Source of the DNA: Balamuthia mandrillaris
Lineage: Eukaryota
Direction: 5' to 3'
DNA length: 64,000 bases
NCBI GenBank assembly: GCA_031835245.2
Contig: JAVKOQ020000046.1
Span: 124,001-188,000, forward strand
In this document: in pieces, positions 51,676 through 61,840 of the stretch
Position numbering within the stretch: position 1 is the first letter of the stretch
Layout of the letters: every line of letters begins with the position of its first letter
Notes under the pieces: generated by a model
What the model saw: only the letters and a program-made list of their open reading frames with translations
What the model was told of the DNA's origin: nothing
The model's database searches: none
Translations under genes and position numbers: made by a program

Positions 51676-52168
51676 TTAGTGGTGTTTCTTTGGCATCTCG
51701 CTCAACAAGTTCGTTTGACGAGCGCCGTGGCTCTTCAACACCGCCTCCATCTTTTGGATGAAGGCTCGAGAGGGAAGCAACGCTTTGCCCGTTTCGTACT
51801 CGGTCAGCAGGGTGGGTTTGATGCCGAGCAGGGCGGCCAGCTCTTTGCGAGTGAGGCTGGCGTTCGTCCTCGCTTGAACGATCTTGTTGGCCAAAGTCTT
51901 TGGGATGGTCAAATCTGTGTTTGGTGCAATGCATTTGTGGTTTAGCAGCAAGCGAGGGAGAGAGTGAAGAGAGCAGACCGAACAAAAAAATGAAATCGTA
52001 AATGAGCAATTTTGTTGGAGGAAAAACAGAAAGAAAGGATAAGTTACCTTTGTACATAACAACGTTGTTGCCATCGTATAAGTCCTGTTCAAGAACATGA
52101 ATATCGGTCGAAGCATCTACGTTTTCATGCAATGTTGGCATTACAAAAATTGTTTCGAGTGAGAGGGG

Positions 52169-52221
<53 letters not shown>

Positions 52222-53602
52222 ATAAACACGCACGTGAGTTGTGAGAAACAACATGTTTTGACAGCTGCGTTTCGCATTTACGAAGATGAACTTGTTTCTT
52301 CAATTCCTCGGGCAGAGCTTCCCAGCCCTCAGCATCCTTTGCTTGAACCTCCTCCAGGTGCTCCACCAAAAAGTCGAGAGCTCTAGAGGTCAGCCTTTGG
52401 AGGCTGCAGCCATAAGCCATCTCTGCAATGGAAGCCACGATCTCCACACTGAGATTCTCTTCCAAATATTCTGTAGGTTATGTTAAGTTGAATGCACATT
52501 GGTTTGCGTAACAATGGACGAAGATGGAAGAAAATGAGCACAAACCCTGACAAAGCTGTTTGAGGGAATGAACTCGATATTGATTGGAAAGCATTAACAC
52601 CTCAACGACGTTTACAGGTGTTATCTTTGGTTCAAGGCCGTAGATCCACCGCAATACTTGTAAGAAAGCAGCATAGCTGACATCATTCAGTGCAATGACC
52701 GTGTCTTTTAGGCTTTCTTTCATGCCTGTGAAATTGTAAATAATCACGTTCAGCAATACTGGAAGAAAGAAGAGGGGAAAGAGCATACCAGAAGTAAACA
52801 TGGTGCGGAAGTAAGGGCTTCGTGCAAATAAAATGCACTTATGAGCTGGAAGCAAAATAGTCTTTTCTCGTACCTCGCTTACTAGAAGTGGCTCCTCTCC
52901 TGTTTGTTTTTCCTGCTCTTCTTCTTCTTTTTCTCCACTCGAAACGGCAAAGGAAGGAGTTGGTAGTTGCAGTTGTGGTTCGTCTCTTCTCGTGCCAAGC
53001 TCTACATTCATCTCGAAGCGAATGTCGCTAAAGTTGTTGTTCTTGAACAAGCTTTCGATGTCTTGTAAATAAGTGCTCTGGGCTTCTTCTTGGTGTTGCT
53101 CCTTTGTTTTTGAATCCTCCTCTTCATCTTCTTTCTCTCTTACTGCAGTTACAATTCCATTGGCTCGCATCCAGTCTTTGCAAAGGGAGATGAGGTGGTG
53201 GCTTTGATAGATGAAAGCAAGGTCATAAAGGTCTTCGTAGATAGTAGCGTAAATACAAGTAAAGTCGGTGTAGAGATACTCCAAGAAGGCAAAGAATACA
53301 GCGTGTCTTGTGTTATTGAGCTCCACATCCATCATTGATCCAGAGTCAGAAGCAGAAGAAGAGGATGAAGGAAACGAATGAGATGAAGCAAATAACCGAG
53401 CAAACACTCGGTTGCGACAGGAGAGAATGGCTTTGTGAGCGTAAATGGCACGTCCTTCAACTTTGAAGGTGATATCGCTCAGCTCTTTGCTATTGAGCAG
53501 TTTCCCCAAGTCCACAACCAACGAAGATGGTTCCGATCCAACAATGGCGGCGGAGTGGTTTCCACCAAGACCAACCTGTCGCACCGATTTGTTATGGACT
53601 TA

Positions 53603-53639
<37 letters not shown>

Positions 53640-54156
53640 CTAGAATTAGCAGCTACATTCAAAACAAAGCAAAGGTTATACTCACGTTCACCAACCAAAC
53701 TAGGAACAAAAGTATTAGTAGTTGTACCAATACCCAATTTGCCTCCTCTACCCTCTCCCCAAACGTAGAGAGAGCCGTTGTCGCTGATGGCAGCGGTATG
53801 TCGATAGCCGCATTCCACTTGCACAAACACGTCATCGGAAAGCAGTTCGCGAGGCTCTTTGCAATCTTTTTTGTCCCCGAGTCCTAATTGTCCCTCTTTG
53901 CCAGCTCCCCCTTTTTAGAAGTCGTTATTTAAGATCCTAGCAGCAGTAGAAAAAGAACAAGAACAAGAACAAGATGAACAAACATGTGTAGATCCGTCCA
54001 TTGTCATCCAGAGCGACTGTATGTTGCCACCCACAACCAACAGCCACAATATTCTTTCCTTTAAGGCCCATCACTTGTTTTGGTGCCATCGAATTTTGTA
54101 GTGTGCCATGACCCAATCTCCCTTTTTTGTTTGTGGTAAAAATAGAAGCAGAACAG

Positions 54157-54191
<35 letters not shown>

Positions 54192-54540
54192 AGTGTATGT
54201 TGCGTTTACAGCTCAACAGAAAAACATAGCGAATATACCATGATTTCCTCTGCCAAAAGTGTAAACTTTGCCGTCTATTGTAACAATGGTGGTGTGAGCA
54301 ACACCACAAGCCACTCGAAAGCAAATTTCATGCTTCACAGCAGACACCAAACATGGCCGATGACGATCTCTGTCCTTGCCATTACCCAATTGACCATTCT
54401 CACCTCTATTTGTTTAAAAGATGAAAAAATATTCTCCAAAACCATAAAATAAAGTTCACTCATTTTACCTTCCAAACATGTAACATTCCCCGCCATCTAA
54501 AATAAAATAAAGAAAAACGCAAAAGTTAGTTGTTACATAC

Positions 54541-54584
<44 letters not shown>

Positions 54585-56379
54585 TCCAAAAATACACGAA
54601 CCAGATATGATAGCAGAGTGACTGGCACCACATGCGACATAAGCAAAGCTAAATGGCAAGTCTAATACGGTAGGCGTTAGCTGTGGTGTAGAGCTCACCT
54701 TGCCTGTGCCAAGTTGGCCGCAAGAATTGCTTCCCCAACCCACAACCTTTCCCATGTCTAATTGTTGTAAAGCAAAAGAACGAACGATTAAACAAAGAAA
54801 GCAAATCAAAACAGAACAATCACAAAGTAAGAAGGGTGTTAAAAAGCTAAAAGAAGAAAGGGTATGGACCTGTTAAACAAAGAACGTGGCCATCTCCGCA
54901 AGCCACTTGCCGGATGTTGATGCCTACAAGCTCTCTTATGAGAAATGGAATGTTGCGTGACCGTTGGTCATTGTGTCTTTAAATAATAGTTGACGTGAGA
55001 ACAAGGAAAAACAAAGATAGCAACGGGAAAACCGAGCAAGAAAGAAGAGCAGGGAAGGAGTCAACACACCCAAGCTGTCCAGTCAAAGAAGAGCCCCATG
55101 AAAATATATCACCATTGGCTTATTTTACAAAGGTTATTACTCATAAGACAGAACAGCGCGAAAAGAGGGCTATCGAACACCAACACAAGAGATAGAACAA
55201 GAGAAAAAATCTTTACCAGCAAGTGCAAGGGTGAAGGTCTTGCCACAAGCAACCTGGCGAATGCGCTGCTCATCCAAACGCGTGAGGTGTGTTGGTTTCA
55301 ACACGTCGTCCTTTTTGTTGCCCAGGCCAAGTTGCCCATCCAATGTCACTCCCCTTTTGTTCCACAACAACCAAACCAAACAAAGACAAGTGAGATATAC
55401 ACTGAAAGTAGAGTGAAGAGAAAGAGAAGAGGGAGAGAAGAGAAGAGAAGAGAAGAGAAGAGAAGAAAGAGAAGAGAAGAGAAGAGAAGAGAAGAGAAGA
55501 GAAGAGAAGAGAAGAGAAGAGAAGAGAAGAGAAGAGAAGAGAAGAGAAGAGAAGAGAAGAGAAGAGAAGAGAAGAGAAGAAGAGAAGAGAAGAGAAGAGA
55601 AGAGAAGAGAAGAGAAGAGAAGAAAAAGAAGAGAAAGAAGAGAAGAGAAGAGAAGAGAAGAGAAGAGAAGAGAAGAGAAGAGAAGAGAAGAGAAGAGAAG
55701 AGAAGAGAAGAGAAGAGAAGAGAAGAGAAGAGAAGAGAAGAGAAGAGAAGAGAAGAGAAGAGAAGAGAAGAGAAGAGAGAGAAGAGAAGAGAAGAGAAGA
55801 GAAGAGAAGAGAACGAGGGGAGAGAAGAAGAACGAGGAGGAGCCTGTTCGCACCAGACATAGAGATGTCCTTTTTGGGAACTTGCTGCATTCGGTCGTTG
55901 CTCAAGGGCAGGCCGGTGTTCCTCTGTTTCATTCTCTTTCTCCTTGTCTTTGGCTGAAGAAGAAGGAGAACGGGTTCATCATGCTGCATGATAAACAACC
56001 TCGTCTCGTCTTTTAAAAATGCAAGATGGAATGATGATCTTAACTGCTGTTGCTGCCGCTACCACTTTGTAGAAGAGTGGAAACAGGCAAGCTGGTCTGT
56101 TTCGGTAGCTTTCTCCGTTGCACGCGTAGCGTGACTCTGCCTTCCTGCGCTTGCAACAGCTGCATAGTTCCGCATTTCATGAATGATGAGAGGGGTGCAA
56201 CAAAACAAGGAGAGAAAAAAATAAAAACGCACTCTGGCGATGGTTTCATCGTTGATGTTGGCGTCGTAGGCCAAGTTCTCGGCGGCAATGATTTGCATCA
56301 ACATGTCTTCCGCGGGGGTCACCATCTCCGCCCCTTCCACCACCCGCACCACACCACTCGTGGCCCGTTCGTCCTCCAT
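51676..56379 (-). CDS. RCC1-repeat - BTB - BTB/BACK protein with C-terminal Cro/C1 (MBF1-like) HTH, spliced
   Basis: RCC1 exons (GQLGLG, QVACGKTFT, WGSNSCGQLGTG, ECGYRHT..YVWGEG..GKLGIG); two BTBs (SDITFKVEGRAIYAHKAILSCR; LPAHKCILFARSPYFRTMF); final exon IVQARTNASLTRKELAALLGIKPTLLTEYETGK. Confidence 0.82.
55435..55812. repeat. Intronic (AGAAG)n pentanucleotide microsatellite
   Basis: Direct sequence. Confidence 0.95.
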
Positions 56380-56531
56380 GCTACCCCAACCAACCAGATC
56401 TCCAGGAGGAGGAAGAGCGAGAAAGACACGCACAACAACAAGATAGTATTCAGTGATGCAGTTTCTTACTTTTTTCGTGGACAATTTTTATGGAATTGGT
56501 TGCGGGCAAAAGTGAGAGCAGAACCGACCGA

Positions 56532-56603
56532 AGCAGAGTGGCGCAGTGGAAGCGTGGTGGGCCCATAACCCACAGGTCGGAGGATCGAAACCTCCCTCTG
56601 CTA
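56532..56603 (+). tRNA. Initiator tRNA-Met (CAT)
   Basis: AGCAGAG/CTCTGCT acceptor stem with A1-U72; A box TGGCGCAGTGG; anticodon arm TGGGC-CCATAA-CCCA; T loop GATCGAAAC with initiator-type A54/A60; TTTT Pol III terminator immediately downstream. Confidence 0.97.
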
Positions 56604-57000
56604 ATTTTCTTTTTTTACCCCACCTTTTTGTGGGGGAACGAACAGCAGCAACTTTTCTCTCGCTGTACCTCTTTTCTTCTTCTTGGGACAGTTGAGCCCA
56701 CCCACACAGGAGTGCGACTCATTCTTCAGCACTAGACACACCCTTGGTACGCCGCTTATTTCCTCTTGCAGTGTATTGTGTGCGTCTCGCCCTTCTCCTT
56801 CTGGGCAGGTTACAACAAACAGGAGCACCGCACCCACTCTTGTCTGTAACCGCATATAACTTTTTCCCCCACACATCAAACTTGGTACAAATCAAATCTT
56901 TGTATTTTTTGTTTTTGTTTTCTAAAGTAAATCAACAGAGGGGAAAGAAGGCGGTCATTTTAAAAAAACAAAGGAGGTGCAAAGTGCACTTCGTTGTCAT

Positions 57001-57411
57001 TTAATAACCCTCCTGGTAGCCTCCCTGGTCATAGCCACCTTGGTCATAGCCTCCCTGGTCGTAGCCACCTTGGTCATAGCCGCCGCCAGCAGCAGCGCCA
57101 CCGTACTCTCCGCTGTCAGGAGTGGAGGATCCCCAAGCACCACCGGCATCGGTTTGAGAGGCAGCGGCGTCAGAGGCGTACTCACCAGAGTCGGCCTTGC
57201 GGTCGTTGCCAAAGTCAGCGACCTTGGTGACGGAGGGGGGGTAGTGAACACCGCAGTAGAGGCTGCCCTCGTAGGCCTTGAAGTTCTTCAAGTTCAGGGT
57301 GGTCTTGCAGGTCACGCATCGGAAGCAGCCCTTGTGGTAGGTCTTGTTGGCTCCCTTGATGGCCTCAACGGGGTAGACGGTCTTGTTGCAGAATCCGCAC
57401 TTGGGGTTCAT
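57001..57411 (-). CDS. Single LIM-domain protein with Gly/Tyr-rich GGYDQ tail (LimE/LASP-like), intronless
   Basis: CGFC...YHKGCFRCVTC...LYCGVHY LIM; four GGYDQ repeats. Confidence 0.92.
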   Translation of the reverse strand: MNPKCGFCNKTVYPVEAIKGANKTYHKGCFRCVTCKTTLNLKNFKAYEGSLYCGVHYPPSVTKVADFGNDRKADSGEYASDAAASQTDAGGAWGSSTPDSGEYGGAAAGGGYDQGGYDQGGYDQGGYDQGGYQEGY

Positions 57412-57821
57412 TTTTGGTGAGAGAGTGGTGGTGGTGGTTTTTACTGTTTTTCGAAAAAGAAGGAAGAAGGCAAAAAGAAAAAGAGCTCAGTTTTCGCTTT
57501 TCTCTCTTTCGTTTGCCCCACCGCAGCGTAGTGCAGAATAATATCCAATCAATTAATTTTCGTGCCGCAACCCTCCACTGGCTCTCGCAAAAATGAAGCA
57601 AATTCTCTGTGGACGAATGGGGGAGGAGTGCTGAGGTGTGAGATGGTCCGATCATTGGCTGGGAGTTTCTCGGAGTTTTACGTAGCTATGGCAACGGGGC
57701 GTTGCTGTGTGACTTCGTAATGAATTAAACGTCGACGAAAATAAAGGAAATTTCACCTGCTATCGGGACCACACCAAAAAAACAGCAAAAGAAGAAGAGT
57801 GACGAGAAACGACTGAAGAAG

Positions 57822-58400
57822 ATGAGGCGCTGCTTCTTCCTTGCGTTGCTGTTACTGTGTGTTTCAGTCATGCCCTTGGTTTTCTGTGTGGAGGCTCCCG
57901 CCACAGGTTTGTTCCATATGGGTCCCTTTCCCTTGTTTGGTGGGTACTCCAGCTGATGGCTTAGATAGCACAGAGCGCCCTACCACCCCTCTTCCTGCTG
58001 ATAGCAAGGTGGAGCCTGTTTGTCGTTGCAGCCAGTGTGGGAATGATGGGGAAACTATCATGAAGATCAAAGAAGCCGCTTCAAACGCAGAGTGCCAAGG
58101 AGCTGCTGAAGCCAACAACGTACTGCACCACCGTCTTCTTTCAGTCTTTCTTTCGTTCTTTATTGTAGTTTCTTTATCTCCTGAGCAGTGTTCTCTCTCT
58201 CACAGTGCAAACGATGTTTGTGGATACAACGGACAGCACCATGGACTGTTCACGCTGAGGAGCAAGTGGAAAGAGGGCAAGTTTGGCTGGATGAAGAGGA
58301 AGAAGGCGAGCATGCAGCGGGAGAACGCCTATTTGCTACACTGTTGGGAGCTGTTGCGCTCATCGTTTCGTTGGAGGTGTTGCTCTCATTTTATGGCTAG
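57822..58400 (+). CDS. Small secreted or membrane-anchored Cys-containing protein, 3 exons
   Basis: Signal peptide MRRCFFLALLLLCVSVMPLVFC; GT-AG introns restore a frame with CRCSQC and a hydrophobic C-terminus ATLLGAVALIVSLEVLLSFYG. Confidence 0.55.
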
Positions 58401-58517
58401 CTGGGGTTTGAAACGGGTCAGCCACTTCCTACACACATGCTTCTCTCTCTGCATTACACAGTGAAGGCTGGCATTGGTGTTAAACAAAGAAAAAGAGGCG
58501 AAAACACCAAAAAAGAA

Positions 58518-59120
58518 ATGGGCAAGAGTATTGTGGTGCTGATGTTGTTTGCTGCTTTTCTGGCAGTCCCCAGTTTCGCCTCCGCCGAGAGCACCACCAT
58601 CAACTTCAACTTTAAGGGTTTGATCCCCGGTGGAAGCTGCGAACCAGAGCCTTGTGTGGGGTGCCAGCAGTGTGAGCAGTGCGGTCAGTGTCCCCAAAGA
58701 CCCACCGAGGACCTTGTTGCCCTCGCTACCAGGCTCGGGCTCAGCACCTTCCTCGCAGGAGCCGAGGCATGCGGTCTTATTGAGCTGTTTACCAACCCCA
58801 ACAGCTCCTACACCCTATTCGCCCCCAGCAACGAGGCGTTTGGTCATCTTCCGGACGGATATCTAGATTTCCTCTTGGGCGAGCCAGAGATCTTCAGCCC
58901 GTTACTCTTGGGGCATGTCGTGCGGGCAGTTCTGCCTACCATATCTTTGGTGAACGGCATGACCATACCCCCCGCTGCAGGGCTACGCTATTTGTCCATT
59001 GACCTGTCGGGTGGAATCATCTCGGTATGGGGGGGCTTTTCAGTCGCCGCTGTGGTCTCAGCTGATGACATTGCTACCAACGGTGTGATCCATGTGATCG
59101 ACACCCTTCTCTACTTTTAA
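58518..59120 (+). CDS. Secreted fasciclin (FAS1) domain protein, intronless
   Basis: Signal peptide, Cys-rich linker, YTLFAPSNEAF (H1), LLGHVV, DIATNGVIHVIDTLL (H2). Confidence 0.93.
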   Translation: MGKSIVVLMLFAAFLAVPSFASAESTTINFNFKGLIPGGSCEPEPCVGCQQCEQCGQCPQRPTEDLVALATRLGLSTFLAGAEACGLIELFTNPNSSYTLFAPSNEAFGHLPDGYLDFLLGEPEIFSPLLLGHVVRAVLPTISLVNGMTIPPAAGLRYLSIDLSGGIISVWGGFSVAAVVSADDIATNGVIHVIDTLLYF

Positions 59121-59409
59121 TACAAGTCTACATACCGGTTTAAATGTTTAGCCATCTTTTTTTTTGCTGACCTCCTTCTTCCTTCTTCTCTTTCTCACAC
59201 ATCCCATCTTTCACCTCATCGTTTACGATCGTTATTCCCCAGTGTAACGTTGCGACCTCTTACTTTTCCCCAAGAATGTTTGCAGGGCTCTAAAAGAAAA
59301 GACAAGAAGAAACTAGACTGCTGGACACCGCATGACGAGAGAAAAGGGCCATTACGTGTGAAAAGGCAAGCAGGCGTTACTGCCCGTTCGCCACGATTCG
59401 GCGAAGAAG

Positions 59410-59575
59410 GAGGAAGAAGAAGAAGAAGAAGAAGAAGAAGAAGAAGAAGAAGAAGAAGAAGAAGAAGAAGAAGAAGAACAAGAAGAAGAAGAAGAAGAAG
59501 AAGAAGAAGAAGAAGAAGAAGAAGAAGAAGAAGAAGAACAAGAAGAAGAACAAGAAGAAGAAGAACAAGAAGAAA
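59410..59575. repeat. (GAA)n/(GAACAA) microsatellite
   Basis: Direct sequence. Confidence 0.95.
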
Positions 59576-59789
59576 TAAAGTAAAAAATTGGGGAGAAAAA
59601 AAAAAGAAAAGAAAGAAAGAAAAAAAAAAGGATGGAAGAGGAAAGGAGGGCAAGGGCCAGGAGAGGGAAGTACTACTCTGCCCTGGTGCGCGAAATGTTT
59701 CACGCCCAAGCTTCAACGTCATGGCAACAACAGGTTTGTGTCGCTACCTTGTGTGCGTGTAGTTCGATTTCTCATCCTTGTCGCCCAGA

Positions 59790-60920
59790 AGGAGGAGGGG
59801 GATGAAGAAATTGAGGGAGAAGAAACAGTACATCTTGTAGCCTCTACCCCTCCTCCAGTCGTTGAGTCAACCTCACCAAAGCGAAGAGCGGCGGCAAGCC
59901 GAAGACGATTAGATTTTTCTCAGCACGGTGAAGACGAAGCGGAGGAGAAACCGCAGATTGGTGTTGAAAAAGAGAGCACAAAGGACGAAGAGAAGAAGCA
60001 AACAAGGGATAAGGACCAGCTCTCAGCACGGCAGAAAGCGCAGGACAAAGTGAATGAAACTATGGAGGCCATCAGCTCTGAAATAGCCAGAGTAATCTCT
60101 CCTCTCTCTCCTCTCTCTCTCTTCTCTCTCTCTCTCTCACCCGGTACTTCCGTTCTTCTTTGATGTTTCTGTTATATTTCCTCTGTCCTTGCTTTCTTTA
60201 CGGAACCCACTCTGAGCTTGCACCCTAACTTTCACTCTTTCTTCCCGCCATCTTCCTCATGCTCCGCTCGCTCTCACCCCCATTTTCTTTCCCTTTTTTT
60301 TTGTGTGGCTCGGCATCATCCTTGCATCAGAGTCGCGGTCGGATGGAGGGCCTCTTTGCAGATCTGGCAAAGATCCCTTCAAACCCCAATCACTAGGTTG
60401 TAGCAGATCGCTCCGCGCAACCATTGTCTGCCTTGACGAGTTGTGCATGCAGCGCAGCAAAGCGTAAGGGCATCTGAAGCCTTCTCTCCCTCTCCTTTTT
60501 CATGTCATGTCATTTTTGGATTGTTGCTGAGATATCGTTGTATTGGTGTACAACTCTTCAACAGGAAAAAAGACGCGCTACAACTCATTACAAAGAGATA
60601 CCGACGGAATTATACCAGGGAAACGTCTGGAAAATCAGCAAAATGATGGCCCAAACATGGAGTTTTTGCATCTCCTTTTACCACACGCAAGCAAAAACAG
60701 AGCAGCCTGCTTGCTACCTTACAACCCGAGTAGCTCTCTCTTGGGCGTCAACTCTTTCCACCCTCACCAACGCCCAAAAGCTGTTCCCGGTCAAAAAAGG
60801 GGATCTCCCCTTCCTTCCGCCTTACCCATTGCTAGCAACAATGCGCACGAAACTCCTAAAAATTTCTTGTCCTTTCCCAAAGATCACGTCGACCAAAAAA
60901 AGTGTTATGCAAGCAGATAA
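59790..60920 (+). CDS. Possible spliced hypothetical protein (fragmentary)
   Basis: Charged exon-like segment STSPKRRAAASRRRLDF ending at a GT donor near 60091 followed by a CT-rich intron; further exons and start not resolved. Confidence 0.35.
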
Positions 60921-61840
60921 TTACCCGAAATCCGGGCCAATCCGACTATATTTTTTAATTAATTGCCTACTAATAAGGATAATAATTCACCAGCAGTTTT
61001 TACCCAGTTTTCTGCGAGTATTCTACATTCCTTCCACCCCTCACGTCCGCTTGTTTTTTTTTCTCGGGTGGAACTCCGTCTCCTCTTCCCTTTCGTTTTT
61101 TTGTTTGTTTATCAACTCTCCGGAAGTGGTTCGACAGGTCCTTTTCCTTTGCCTGTGTGGATGGATGGAACTCTTTCGTTAACCAACGAGAAAAAAAACA
61201 GGTGCGCGCGTTTTGCCGGAATGTCTTCTTGCCACGCAAACCCCGATGACACTACTCTTTTTTTATTTTTTTGAATGCTCCCTCCACAGCTGCAGGTTTT
61301 GAGGGAGAAATAGAAACACGAGACGAGAAGAGCACACACGCGTGCAAAGTGAGTGGGGAAGAAGCGCGCGCACCCAAAGAAGAAGAAGAAGAAGAAGAGC
61401 AGCTCCGCCCCACGTAAAGAAAGAAAGAAGGAAGGGTCGAAGAACAGCCTCCAACAGGAGGTTAATTTTTTTTTTATTATTTTTTTTTTTGGAAACGAGC
61501 ACGTGACCGCATTCGGGCCAGCCTGACAAAGTCTGTGCTGCGTGAGGCACACGACCACACGCCACCCCCACGCTTGCTTGGTTTAGCTTACTTACTCACT
61601 CGCTGCGCAGAAAAGAAGGTGCGTCCTCCTCTTTGCTTTTCTAAAACCCATTTTTTCTTCATCTCATTTTTTTTTTTGCAAACAAGAAAGAAAAAGAAGA
61701 AAGAAACAAAAAAAGAGGAGAAGGAGAGGTTTGGTGGTGGGTTGGGAAAGGATAAGCTTCTTCTCTTGTTTTTTTTTTCCTTTTGTCTTTGGCCTAGCTC
61801 TTTTGTTTTGTTTTTGTTTTTTGTGTTTTGTGTGTTAAAG

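Noticed and set aside
51676..52143. Stand-alone MBF1 gene
   Set aside because: No MBF1 N-terminal domain or promoter-like spacer; the upstream BACK exon lacks a stop and splices in frame
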